Source: Aplysia californica (Eukaryota). Taken from it: a stretch of DNA of 64,000 nucleotides. Of the stretch, positions 49,160 through 62,254 are shown piece after piece. A model generated the notes under the pieces. The model was not told the origin of the DNA. It worked only from the letters and a program-made list of their open reading frames with translations, and ran no database searches. Both the position numbers and the translations under genes were made by a program. Positions within the stretch are counted from its first letter, which is position 1, and each line of letters begins with the position of its first letter. Location: positions 102,386 to 166,385 of the forward strand of contig NW_004797322.1 of the NCBI RefSeq assembly GCF_000002075.1, given 5' to 3'.

Positions 49160-50410
49160 AGGTTTTGAGGAATGGTTGTGGGGAAATCACGGTAAGCAGG
49201 CAACCCACCATCCAAGAAACTTCCAGGCCTGAATTGTATCTCCCTTGCACAGAATGCAAAGCATGGATTTTTAAAAAAAGCCTCAGCCTACATTCCAAAA
49301 CATGTCCTGCTGGAACTCTGACAAAAATTTCTAGAGAAACAGCAGGATGCCGCAATCACCTTTCCTTCAGCTGGATTCTGATGAGGGTGAAATTGAAGAC
49401 ATCATCTCCAAAATGAAAGAAACCAACAAAAACCCAAGACTTCATCAGATCTGCATGCATGATGTACCCGTCCAGAAAATTCTGCAGAGGGCTTGTCCAC
49501 AAATTAGGACCTTTGGAGGAGCAGCGTCGTAAAGACAAAGACAACATCAGAACGAAAGTTAGGGCAGTAGGTAGACTTGTAAGACTGAATGAAAAATCAA
49601 ATCAGGATTTGGACTTGTCAGCTTTACTCAAACCAACACATTTCCGGCTGATAGTAGAAACAGTGAGAGACATGGGCCTGGGTGTGGTACTGAAATGACA
49701 CTGAGATCTAGCACATCAGCTAGTCCAGTTTGGACTTTAATACACCCTTTTGGACATTAAGTACGCTATAAATCATCAGAGGTGGAGCACTCGGTCCCCT
49801 TGAGGGGCACCAGAAGGTTAAAAATGTCTCCAAAATACCACATGGAATAATTATGTCAAAGTGGCAACCCACGAGCCTCTTGCTGACAATGAGAAAGTTG
49901 GAGCGCTGAAGAGTGAAGGAATTTTTATGGCCAATATGAAACGTCTTGAATCAGACAAAAGTGCCCCACTTATTAGAGAAAGAAGCCAGGGTGTTGCTGA
50001 TACTGTTTTGTGCTCTGGATGTAGGGTTTTTTATGATGCTAAAAGCATCTTTAAACACAAACGGCTATGTGAAAAAAATGCGTCAGACCTTTCAAAGACA
50101 ATAAAGTTGAATGAATTGTCAGGTAATGCAACTCTAGCTGGAGTTGATGGTGACTTCAAAGAAAACATTCTAGATAGGTTCAGAAAGAATGAAGTGGGAG
50201 AGATTTGCAGGACAGATTTTGTGACACTTCTATTTGGGAAGAAACGGAGGGTAAGTCCGTTAAAAGGAAAGAGCAAGTATTACAATATCAGAAATGAGGG
50301 TTCTAGCGAATCTAATTTTGATATTTAGACAGGAGTGTGGTGATGGGAAAGCATCTGGACATGACATTTTAGATTACAGATGGTTTGATTTTCTGGAAAA
50401 TGCAATATAA
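49160..50410 (+). pseudogene. Two tandem fragments resembling the N-terminal region of animal tyrosine-recombinase (Crypton-like) element proteins
   Basis: VLRNGCGEI...YLPCTECKAWI.K.SLSLHSKTC; IRTKVRAVGRL..LLKPTHF..IVETVR; second copy EGIFMAN..LIRER..LCSGCRVFY...IFKHKRLC. No catalytic recombinase part seen. Confidence 0.5.
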
Positions 50411-50439
50411 AAAATGTGTGCAAAGGACTGTGGGCAGGT

Positions 50440-51225
50440 AAAGGCTGGATTGAAGGTTACCAAGAGCTCACCCCGAGGACACTGATGTCGCTGGGAAAGG
50501 AGCGAGCCCTCATGACTCCCCCAAACGTGGAAAGATGGTTTTGCGACCTGAAAAGCCATGTGGATTCTCAGGACCCCACCTTTCTATGTGACCCATCTTG
50601 CATTTTCAATGCGGATGAGAGCGGATTCAGTTTTGATCCCAAGTCGAGAAAGGTGTGTTTCATAAATTATATAAATGTTGTATCCTTTAAAGGTAGATCA
50701 ACTGATATTTAGATTGTTAATTCATTATAACTGCTGAATCAGCCTGGTTACATCTACTTTGAGCTCAAAAGGATCTGCTTCAGCTATGAACTCACTCTAT
50801 TTAACATGAACTTGTCGCTAAATATGATAAATTATACATTCTCTGTTTTATCAGAAATATTGCATTATGGAAACTATTCGGATTTAACTGCAATAATAAA
50901 TTTAGTTCACATTAAACTGATGCCCATGTAAGAGCAAACTTCTTCACGCCAAATACTTATCGGTTCATAAGATAATTGAGCTCGACTTTTAGCGTTATTA
51001 AAGGGAAAGCTTAAACTTTAACGCTGTATTCCCTTAGGTGATAACGTGGAAAGGGGTGAAGACAGTTTACACAGTGTCAGCGAATATGAAGACACGGATC
51101 AGGTCACAGTGTTGGCCAGCATGAATGCTGCGGGGTTTTACCTCTACCTTCACTGTTGATCTACACTTACAAAAGGTTACCCGAAAAGAACCTGTAGGAA
51201 GATTTCCCTGAGGTTTTGCTGCAGG
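50440..51225 (+). pseudogene. Intron-containing pogo/Tigger transposase fragment (intron 50653-51037)
   Basis: IFNADESGFSFDPKSRK|VITWKGVKTVY...QVTVLASMNAAG; GT-AG, phase 0. Confidence 0.75.
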
Positions 51226-51859
51226 TCAGAAAATTAATAAGTTGTCCAGTGACGTTTTTTTAATTAGTTTTGTTTTTAGTTTAGTAACCGGTAACCCATT
51301 TGCAACCCAAAATAGGTCATGTAAGTGCCAAAGATTAGAAGCGTTACAAGAGAGTAACGAACATTTAAAAAGAAGTAGGAGAGAAAAGGATGTTTGATAT
51401 GAAAGAAGGAGCAAACCACACTAGAGCATCCGCCAACCAGCCACTACATCTACGCTTTTCTAGAATTTAAGATGATGAATTGTTTCAGCTGTCCAGTGAG
51501 GCTTTTTTTACATTTCAAGATAATGAAGTGTTATACTTTTTTTTTAAAATACTCTTAAATAGTATATAAATGCCATAAAAGACAGTGTCCTGCAGCCTCC
51601 ATACTGTAGACAAAGAAATTAAACGTACAAACTTAAAAATGTTCTTTCACAAGTGGATGTTCTGGTGCATAATACATAGCTTAAATACTCCTGCGGGTAT
51701 CTGACAACGGCTGGATCACCTCAGACATTGACCCTGAACAAAGAAAGCCGTATTTCTATCACGTGACCGGGAACTCTCGAACATTCCATGTTCCTGTAGT
51801 CACATGACGGACGTCTTCGAGTACACAGCTGGTCTGGACTTCTACGCGGAACGGTAAGT

Positions 51860-53195
51860 GCACAAGGTGGCTAAGGCACATTTGCAGACCTCAGCCTCAT
51901 GCCTGGTCTTCATGTCCAGCGAGCCTTCTATGGCAGCGAACACGGTAAAGGTGAGGCTGATGTTTTTTCTAAACTGATTGCCGCAGCAGTCAAGGGCGGG
52001 AGGAACTTCAGGGACGCAAAGTATCTGTTCGACTGGGCCTCCGAATTCCACTCAAAAGGGGATGGAATGAGCAGGCACTCATTCTTCCTCATTCCTGTCG
52101 GGGATGTTCCAAGGAAGAGACCACGGTCTGAAATTTCAACAGTGCCTGGTATGACCTGTTTGTTTTTTTGTTTGTCAGTTTAATTTTTGTTCCCATAATC
52201 TTTCACCACTCTGTCTTTCTATATCATCTTTACTGGTGTACCCATTTTGTCTCATGCACATTTTTCAGGTACAAGAAAAATGCACCAGGTGGAAAGGCTG
52301 GATGATTATATTATTCGGAGTCGGCAGCTGGCATGCTTCTGTTGTGCCTGCAGAACAGGGTTGACAGCATGTTGCATCAACAAAGAAATTGTTGGCGCCT
52401 TCACCACGCACAAGCTGAAAAAGAGGTAAGCTTTATGAGGCAACATCTGTAATCTATCTTTGAATTGCCAGCATGTGTGGTTCACACTTTCTATCTGTGT
52501 TTAAGGGAGAAGACTGTGCATAGTTTGTAATTATCTCCACAGCTCCACTGTGCTGGATGATGCAATGTTGGAGGACCCAGAGGAAGCTGCTGTAATTTTA
52601 AATTTGGCGTAACTGTACTTCAATATATTTTGGAAATGTGTATTCATACCAGATATATGCAACTTTTGAACATTTATTGAGCATGTAGAATGTTCTGTTT
52701 GTACCTTGTCTAACCTGTGGGTTCTTTTTCTTTTTTTACAGCTTCCGTGTGGGCGATTATTTACGCTGGACAGCGTCTATGGGTAAGAAGACTAAAACTT
52801 ACAATGTCCTGGTAAGCATTGATTATAGTTATAATTGGAAGAAGACATAAACTGCAATACGTTACAATTAGCACTGCATTCAAAATAAACCAAATGTTAG
52901 AGTGAGAACGGTCTATGAATTGAAATGAAATAGTCTTACCGTAGGAGTGACTTGCAACGTTGACAAATGGTTTCGTGACTTTGGTGTTCACAGGTCCTTG
53001 AAGTGATCGAACCAGGCCATACCTACCACGTCTCTTGCATGCGGCAAAAGCAGGAGAGCAGCAGCAAACAAACTAGAGATGCCTGGTTCTTTCCGGAAAT
53101 TGCTGACTTGACAACATTGACAGTGGGGGTGGACAATTTGAAAAAACTTGGAAGACCCCCACTTTCAACCTCACAAATCCCTATATTTTTTAATT
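51860..53195 (+). pseudogene. Sola2-type transposase 3' half, intron-containing
   Basis: FYGSEHGKGEAD, VPG|TRKMHQV, RQLACFCCAC..CIN; C-terminal VGDY..VYG / VLEV..YHVSCM...WFFP. Confidence 0.7.
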
Positions 53196-53550
53196 AATTA
53201 AAGCTTTCCTGTGATTTTAATTGCTTATGCTTTTTGTCTTTAATTACTAGTCATAATGATGCATGGTTTGTGTTTTTATCTGTTTAAAAAGGAATTTACG
53301 AGCATGTCTAATAACCCGTCCGACTCACCATGAAAATGTTTTAATTACTCAATTACTCTTCTTCTGAGACATATTATGCTCCTCTCCAAGGAGTAGTGTA
53401 AACAGTATTCTCTTTTTTATCACACACACTTATTTGATATACATTTCCCATTGATTTTCTATGTTTACATCATGGAGTATTTTTTGAGAAATAACGGTCC
53501 AAATGATATTTTTCCAATTTTCAGGGGAGATAACCCAATAATTAAATATA

Positions 53551-54345
53551 CAGTAAAACCTGTGTAAGACGGTCACCCATTGTCAAGGAGAAAAGTGGCC
53601 GTATAAGACAGGTGGCCGTCTTAGGCAGGACTGATCAAAACGAAATAAAAACAACCATTCCCATCTGAGGTCCCAATCGAAAGTAGCCTCATTGTTGTTG
53701 TTTTTGTTGTCGTTGGTTTGTACATGTATTTTGTTTGTTATTTTGTTGCGGATTTTGTGCAAAGGTGACAATAAAACGAAATGTATCAGACGAGGAAGAC
53801 CGAGTGCCATGTTAAAACAAACACATTTGTCGCCACCACTCGGAGAACGAGCGACGCTTCTGTGATGGGTTCATGTTGACGTCCTTTTTTACTTTGTTAC
53901 AGAGTGGGTAAACAGTGACCACTCATCTCCCTTAAGATTTGTGTACGAGTTTTGGGCGGGGCTTATGGGTTATGAGGGATCACATGCTTACCTCACCAGC
54001 TGCTGAAAATTGGTACCCATTGGTCAACAATGGGAGAGGCCTACGCAACATGACCGGTTGGAGGGACTACCTAACAACGACAGGTGATTGAATTATGACG
54101 GCTCACCCACAACGCCAGGGGCCAATGCACAATTGACGACAAAACGTAATGGAGTCACTATAAGGTGGCCGTCTAAGACAGGTGTTATATTACTTAGTGT
54201 GATAGGGGTTGTGTGTTAAAATATGGTGGCCGCGGCCGCGTTGGACAGGTGCCCGTTTTACACAGTTAAATTATATAGAAAAAACGCAAGGGGGGAAATG
54301 GAAAGTGGCCGCTTGTACAGGTGGCCGCCAGGGCAGGTCCGACTG
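53551..54345. mobile_element. Tigger/mariner-type MITE
   Basis: TA|CAGTAAAACCTG ... CAGGTCCGACTG|TA; repeated subterminal GGTGGCCG(TCT) motifs. Confidence 0.8.
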
Positions 54346-54504
54346 TATTTATTTTGCCTCTAAATTGACCATTTTCAGGTTAATTTTCATAAAAACTTGT
54401 AATCTTATACATTTTAAATTGCTTTTTAATATTATGAAGAACTCAGGGATGTTTTGCCTTTTGTTTGACAATTACAGATATTATTATTCGTTTCGTTTTT
54501 CGTT

Positions 54505-54878
54505 TTGTAAAGTGTTTTACGGCGCTCGTAACTGCATAAGGTCATATGAGCGCGCGGGACACACCCAATATTTTCAGATGGTAGGAAATTTTGAATTTTG
54601 CCCGGGTGGCGGCCGAAGCCTACTCTTATCGATTTTAGACCACCAAGGGATCTTTAACGTGCGCAACTTGCACACAGGCCCTCCGAGATTTTTCGCCCTT
54701 GTCCGAGAAGGCTAGGTGTAGATCTTTCCTACCAGAAGATCAGGGGTGTGGCTGAAAGACAGCAGTAAGAAGAAGCGAAGGAGTAGCAGTAGAAAGGCTG
54801 CAGAAAGAATCAGGAGCCCAGAAGGCAAAGGAGGTGAGGGGGTTGGGGCAGAAAGAGGAGACGAAAGCAGACGACACT
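54505..54878 (-). mobile_element. 5'-truncated copy of the Deu/Nin SINE
   Basis: Closely similar to 7430-7800. Confidence 0.88.
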
Positions 54879-55734
54879 TTGTTTTAATTTGTATATATTT
54901 TATGTTGTCTTACATTGGAAATTTTCTGTTAAGTATGAAAGGATGGAATTTCCCAGTTAGCTGATGGATTTACCCCGCCGGTAAGATTTCTCCCAAATAA
55001 GTAAAAATTAATTTTTCAAACAAAACAGTTGAGGAATAACAAAAACATAACCAGTAAACTTTAGGTAGGGAAGAGGCGGGAGAGTTGAGCTGGGAGGCGA
55101 GTTGATCCACCCCTCCTATCTCTTTAATACGGCTAGCTGCTGTATTGTAAATAGCCTCCCTTACAAGCACATCCCTTTCCCAGAGTCGTGTGTCAGACGT
55201 GAGAAGCTCATGACCATTGTGTTTAATCTAGATACAGAACATTGATTTGGGAACTGAAAAGTAAATTTCTAGGTAAGTTGCATTCTTTCTCATCTTGTGT
55301 GTATGAATACTGCAACCTAGATTTTGGACATGTCCTGCTGTAGACTGTACACTTTCTCACTCTGACTGCTGGAGTTTTAATTGTTTGTGGTTCCAGGAAG
55401 GCCTGTGTTAGGTCTAAAAATAGATCATCCCCCCCATAAGGTGAAGTTGTGCCAGTTTGAAAAGGAGGGTTGAGCCAGGTGGCTCAACTCTCTCATATCA
55501 CAGGAGAGAACTTCTGGTGCCTATTTTCCATAATTCAGCCTGTTGGTGCGACAACTGGGCTACATTATTGAATGAACTGAATCTGATCGGATTTTATTTC
55601 AATTAGATCTAGTCTAGTAGTTGCCACTTTAAGATTGCATAATATCAATGAATTGTAAGACTTTTTTCTACAGAATTGGTGCTAACACATTCAATTTTAA
55701 ATGAACTTTCCTCTGTTTTCTTTATTGCAGGACC

Positions 55735-56512
55735 ATGCCTAGAGTCTACAAACGGACAAGCACAAAAGGCACATCAAAAGATGTTCTGGAAAGAGCTCAA
55801 CAGCGGGTTCATGATGGTGCAAGCATACGAGCCTCGGTGAAAGAGTTCAATATTGATCGGATGACATTGGCACGATTTATCAAGAAACAGACAGCTGAAC
55901 CAGATGCCAGTTTTGGATATATGTCAATTGCAAAGTGAGGAACATGATATTTGCACCTCACATGGAGCGTGACCTTTCAGATCATGTCAACCAGCTGGCA
56001 AAAATGTTTCACGGCCTGTCGAAGGAAAAGGTGCTTCAGCTTGCATACAAGTTTGCCACTGCTAAAAGTAACAGAGTGCCATCATCCTGGACAGTCAACG
56101 AGAAAGCAAGACAGGATTTCTGGTTGTCCTTTTAAGAGAGAAATGGACTTGCAATCAGGTCACCAGAGGTCACATCTCTGGCCAGAGCAAGTGCCTTCAA
56201 TCAGCACACAGTGGGTGAATTCTACGAAAACCTTTCCACAGTGATGGATTGCTACAAATTTTCTCCAAATGACATCTATAATTTGGATGAAACAGGTGTC
56301 CACACTGATCAGGACCCAGGCTATGTGGTCTCAGAACGTGGGATCAAGCTAGTTGGATCTGTCACCTCAGCAGAAAGAGGAGAGCTTGTCACACTTGTGT
56401 ACACAACAAATGCAGCAGGATCTGTGATACCTCCCATGTTCGTTTTCCCTAGGGTGAACTTCAGAGAGCATTTCTTGCGTGGTGCACCTAATGGCTCCAT
56501 CGGATGGGCGAG
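55735..56512 (+). pseudogene. pogo/Tigger transposase 5' half (psq-type HTH, CENP-B HTH, start of DDE_1), cut by a LINE
   Basis: MPRVYKR...SIRASVKEFNIDRMTL; FHGLS...LAY; IYNLDETG; SAERGELVT..NAAG..IPPMFVFPR. Confidence 0.88.
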
Positions 56513-56514
56513 AA

Positions 56515-57780
56515 GTAGTAGTAGTAGTATAGGGTTTTACGACGCTCGCAACTGCATAAGGTTATATGAGCGCGCGAAACACAAGTTGTTTTCATTCCCA
56601 ACAGTTCACTGCACGGTTGGTTATCTTTTGGAGTTTTAAATGCTAAAATATTAAAATTCGGTGTAAATATATTTTTAATTTAAAACAACTTTTTAAAATA
56701 ACAATAAAAATTTTTAATAGTACAATTTCACGTTATAATTTGCCATAAAGGCCAATGGCCATCGTAAAGTTCAAAATTCTACTGGGACCAACGACGGAAA
56801 AAATGTCTTGCAATTTCTTGCATTTATAATATTTCCTTCGGATCTCTCCAAAGTCTAGACATTCGGTTAAGATGTGTCTAATGGTAAAATCTGTGTCGCA
56901 TCCGACACAGAACGGCTTCTCATCTCCCTGTAGGAGGTATTTGTGGGTCAGGGCCGTGTGTCCGATGCGCAATCAAGTAAAAATGACTTCGTCTCTTCTG
57001 GAGAGGTCCGAAGGATTTCGCTGTTCTAGTTTGGGTTTTATAACATACAGTTTATTGTTTTTCTGTTTTTCCCAGTGGCTCTCCAACAGACTGGAGGTGT
57101 ACTCTTTGACTTTATTTCTAAACTCAGTCTGTGGGAGAGTGTTTGTCGTTGATCCCAGCAGAAGGGATGAGGCTTTCTTCGCCAGGTCGCCTACCTGCTC
57201 GTTTCCTCGGAGGCCCACATGGCTAGGTATCCATGCGAACATGGTGTTTTTTCCTGTTTCGGATAGTGTGTGAATTTTCTGTTGTAGCCTAACTATTTTT
57301 GGATGTAGGAGTGTGTAGTTTGTGAGGGAGGTGATGCAAGACAGAGAGTCAGAAAGGATAAGGAAAGATTTGTTAGAAGAGTTTTCTACGGAGTCCAGTG
57401 CCATGTTATTTGGTTGGGTTATTTTGAGGGGGTAATTTGGTGGGATATATACTTGTCTGTGGAGTGTGTTGTTGTCGGTGTAGATGGTGGTACCACCGGA
57501 AGCAATCTGGTTCTCCGCGTGAATGTGATGGTACGCAGTAAATCCTCTTAAGTCTATGGTTGAAGCCGGGGCAAATTTTGTTTCTTGAATACAGGCCACC
57601 CGTGGGCACAGTGTGGCCTGTAAATGTTGCAATACTGCAATGGAAGGTCGGATTCCGCCGGCATTCCATTGCAGGACCGCCATTATATCTTTTTAGCTTT
57701 GATTTTGGAGCTCATAGGCCCCGGCTGTTATTTTGTTTGGACAAGAAGATGGTGATTTGGAATGATATTTTATGGCATTT
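56515..57780 (-). mobile_element. Internally deleted I-group LINE (ORF2 start joined to RNase H and 3' UTR)
   Basis: ORF2 ATG at 57683: MAVLQWNAGG..CIQETK..SGG (AP endonuclease), joined at ~57405 to MALDSVEN..ILSDSLS..WIPSHVG. Tail ends in (TAC)n. Confidence 0.9.
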
Positions 57781-57969
57781 TTTTTTCTAAAATCTTTAAT
57801 AACTTGGTTTAGTGTTCTTGATTTCACGGAAATTAATTCCAAGTTGATTTAAATCTAATTTTGTCTAAATCTAGTTCATATTCGGATAGATCTAGAATCT
57901 AGATGATACTCCATTGCTTTACTTAATTTCAAATATATCCCATTATATTTGCTGCACTGTCCATTTTAG

Positions 57970-60900
57970 ATGCCTTCCAATTCCACCCAACTTCGCCTGA
58001 GAAGTATGCAGCTCATCTTGAGAAGGAAAGACTGAGATCCAAAGCGAGACGAGATGCGAAGAAGGCTAAATGGGAAACCGAGCCCCACACAAGAGCTATG
58101 ATAGCTCTGAAAAGGAGAAGGAAAGGGAGCAGAGAAGGTTTGTTTGTGTGCACAAGACATAATTAGCAACTCATTCAAATCTACTTTTGTGAATTTTTAG
58201 CTGGAGCAGATTTTTCTACAGCCAGCGGCAAACATTAAACAACTCAATCCCAGCACCCTTTTTCATGTACAGGTGATGATGTAAAATGTTTTTGTTTTTT
58301 CAGCAGACACATGGACAAACAATTTAATTTGTATTTGAATTGTTGGTCACTATTTTCAGACACTAGTACCATTTTGTCATCTCCAGGATTCGAATGAAGA
58401 GAATGGCACAGAGGAGAAGAGCTGAAGAAAGGAGGGAGCTGCGTGACTGCAACAACTCAGTGGATGAGGACAGGCCAAAGAAGAAACCGAAGGACATGAC
58501 TGAGGAGGAGAGACGAGCCCATGTTAATGAGCTCAGGCGCCAATCCAGAGCTCGTCAGAACCCCCAGAAAAAAAGATGGGCCAAAGTGAAAAATGCAGAA
58601 TATCAGAAGCAGTACAACAGAGAAAGGCAAAAGGCTTCGTCACAAACACAGCCTGCTACCACTGCCCCAGTGGCCCAGCCTCAACCAGCCCCAGTGTTCG
58701 CCTCATCCCCACCTTCCACCACAGCCCCAGGGTCGCCTCACCCCCACCTTACACCACAGCCCCAGTGTTCGCCTCACCCCAGCCTCGCCCGGCTCCGGTG
58801 TTCGCCGCCTCACCCCCACATTCCACCACAGCCCCAGTGTTTGCCTCGCCCGGCCCCTGTGTTCGCCACGCCCCACCCCGGCGTTTGCCTCGCCCCAGCC
58901 TCGTCCGGCCCCAGTGTTTGCCTCACCCCCACCTTCCACCACAACCCCAGTGTTCGCCTCGCCCGGCCCCTGTGTTCGCCTCGCCCAAGCCTTTGCCTCA
59001 GCAGTGTGTTCCTCCCCCCATCTTCATCCTGTCACTACCCCAGTATTTGCCTCCTCACCCCTCAACGCTCTGGACTCATCAACATCAGTCCCCAGACAGT
59101 CCCCGCTTCCTGTAACATCAGCTGCACCGCCCTCAACAACTCCCATAAGGGCGAGTAAAACAATGAGGAACTTATCATCGAATATTAAATCGGACATTAA
59201 AAAGAGAGTGAGAACCCCTGAGGAGTACGGCGATGTTGTGCGACACCTGGCGACTCCCAGGACGTCAGAAAAGAGGAGGGCCCTACTTTCTGTAGGGGTA
59301 CAGCAGCACCTCGGTAGGCCATTACAACCTGTGCCTCAGCAGAAGGTACAGCCCAGTAGAAGGAAGCGTGCACCATCACTGGTTCAGACTCGAGCTTTCC
59401 GTGATGGGCAGGTAACGACTTTCAGTATTTCTTTTCACCTTTTCATTCGTACGTATATACATATATATGAAAGTTATTACTACCAATCTAAGTGGGGTCC
59501 TACTTTTGTGTGTCTAGGTATGTTTTTTTTCTGCCCATTCATTGATGGGCATCCAGCAATACTTTTGTGAAATGACCTTTGATGTTTTGAAAAGCATTTC
59601 AGTATTTGAAGACAAAACTTGACTGTCACATACACTGCACTTCACTTTGAATGAAGTTTTCAAATGGAATTTTGTCATCAATAATCATTTCAATGGATTG
59701 TCCATTGTTAAAATATTTACATCATAATTTATCCGCAGGCTTTCTATCTGCGGCAGAATGTGGCCAGAGTTTTGCTTCATAAGAGGTATGCCATGAAGGC
59801 TGGCCCAGGGCGCATCATGCTGATGACGCTAAAAGAGGCCTTCATTTTGCTCAAGGTACGTATTTTAGGAAACCTCTCTACATTTGATCTTCTTCTTTAT
59901 TAGCTATTGGTTATTATTTCAGAAGGCAGGCGTTTCTGAACAAAAACTTTTGGTCTCTTACATCAAATCAAGAATTCATATATTATTGTCTATATTATGT
60001 GAAAACATTTTGTTCAAGTAATAATGCCATTTTATTATTTTGGTTTGCTTTCAGAAGGAGAACCCAGATGCCGCAGTTGGATTCACCAAATTCACCACCC
60101 TCCACCCAAAGACAGTCCGACTGATTGGGCAAGGAACACCGGAGACATGTGCGCGCATGTACTGCCTCAATGTCCGGCTAAAAATAGAGGTCCTCAATCG
60201 AGTGATGGTTCGCAATCTAGAAGATTTCCGGATGCCGCCTGAAACTCGATTGTTGGACCTTTTATTGTGTGCTAAAGAAGCAGGCAATGACTGGCACCAC
60301 CCTGCTTGCCTAGAAGGTATGTTTTGTTGTGTCATTCATTGTAACTCTTATTGCAAGTCGCCTGTCAGACAAGAATTTTAACAAAGGAAAGGATATTCTT
60401 AACTGCCTATTTATATATTTCACAACTTTGGTTACAGGAAAATGCAGTAAGTGCCAGGATCCCCCGAACTTCCTGCAAGGACAGTTTGGCCGTTATGGGG
60501 CCACCATCACTCCCTGGCAGCATTGGGAGCGCATCTCCAAGGAGAGGAGGATGAGACTTGAACTTTTGTCCAAGCAAGGGACTCTGGAGTAAGTTTCTTA
60601 TGAGCTGAATTATTTTGAGCCCAATTTTCCAGGTCCTGTTTTATTCATTTATTGTAGAAAGCACTGAAGTATTATGAAAGGTTTTGATGCTTTAAAGATA
60701 TTTGCAGGTAACCATGGTAATGTTCAACCTCTATAGTTTCTTGTTTGGACCTTCAGCTGAGATGTAAAACCACTTTCTAGGAAGGGTGGAAAATAAAATA
60801 CACATACTCCCTTTCATTTTGAAAATGACATGAAATAGTTAAGTATAATGTCCTCTCCCACAACACTGAAAGCAGTATTAACTTAGCTCGATTGATGGTT

Positions 60901-61715
60901 TATTATTTCAACCATATTCCACTTTCTTTGACAGGGAACTCCTGCAGGAGTTCATTAGAAAGGACCTCCCCCAGCCAACCCAGGGAAACACCTTTGTGCG
61001 CCACCTCCACACCTTCTTTTGGCAGCACCGCCAGTACTGCCATCTGAAGGACACCCTTCAGGCAGACGAAGCAATCATGGTGATGGACTTTGCCGAAAAT
61101 AGGAATGCCTCATATACCGTTGAGGTGAAGAGTGCACATTTCGGCAAGTCTCAGATCACCATGCATCCCATCGTCTGCTTCTACCGAAGTGGTGAAGGAC
61201 TAGAGAGGCACAGCATGGTTTTCATGTCAGACGAAATTTGTCATGATTACCATGCTGTGCACCATTTCACTGTGATGTCCTTGGAGGCTTTGGCCAAGGC
61301 AGTACCCACTGTACAAAAAATGTACATTTTCAGTGATGGCTGTGCTGGCCAGTACAAAGGAAAGGGCACCTTTGCTGACCTTAGCCTGTACACTGGTAAG
61401 AAAATATTTTCATCGGTTGTGCAGTGTTATCCTGCTCTCTGTCTTTTTTATGTTGTTGGCTTTTTTTTTCTTCAATATAAAATTATGCCCTTTTTGTTAA
61501 TAAGTACCCACATCTCGTATACACATGACTTATGGTGTACTCTGTGCCCCTAATTCATTACAACATTGAGATATTTCAGGTACAGTTCTACTGTTTTCCC
61601 TTCTCAGGTCAAAAGATACAGCGCGTTTTCTTTGGGTCAGAGCATGGCATGGGAAAGGGGAGGCTGACGGTGAGACTGGGGTCATCAACCAGGCTGTGGA
61701 CCGGGCGGTCATCTC
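57970..61715 (+). pseudogene. Intron-rich Sola2-type transposase, 3'-truncated
   Basis: Charged N-terminus; Pro-rich repeats 58660-59050; VGFTKFTTLHPK, CARMYCLN, DFAENR..VKSAHF..QITMHP, SDEICHD, FSDGCAGQYK, FFGSEHGKGEADG. About six GT-AG introns (e.g. 61396-61607). Confidence 0.82.
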
Positions 61716-62250
61716 TTGTTCTTTTTCTTCCAACATTGCAACCATTTCCTGTCCGCTCATCAGGTCTGGAAACTTGACGGTTTTCCTAATCTTTGTCCAG
61801 GGGCATCTAATGGATGGTATTGTTTTCAGAGGATCTTGTCTAGGAGTTGCTGTCAATGTCAAAACTTGTGGTGGACTTGCAAGTTCTTGGAAATAAAGTT
61901 TCCACAGCTTAAAAAGGTCATCTCCATCTGTCCCTTCTTCCAGAAGCTGGAAATATAGCTGCAACGTCTGTTCACTCACTTGGTTGCAGATCATTGAGTA
62001 TTTCCTCAGTGTGTCTGAAAGTCCAGATGGTGTAGTTTGAGATGAAGTTGTTGGATGAGGCTGAGAGCTGGTGATTGACTGTACAATCACTGCGGTGGTC
62101 TCAGGAGTGGGAATGGAGGTGGGTGAGCAGGTGACTGACTCGTTTATTGCTGCAGATGGTGAAGGAGACTCAGATTCAGATGGGAGGATGACAGTACAGG
62201 ATGTGGAGCCGAGTTCACCACACAGTTTTTATATTGTAATGCTCACTATC
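61716..62250 (-). pseudogene. Probable pogo-type transposase C-terminal fragment
   Basis: LLEEGTDGDDLFKLW and LMSGQEMVAMLEEKEQ resemble tails of DDE_1 transposases; weak. Confidence 0.35.
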
Positions 62251-62254
62251 TTTT

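Noticed and set aside
51860-61715. 52 kb and 58-61 kb Sola2 pieces as rearranged halves of one element
   Set aside because: They overlap at the SEHGKGEAD motif and differ substantially there, so they are distinct families.
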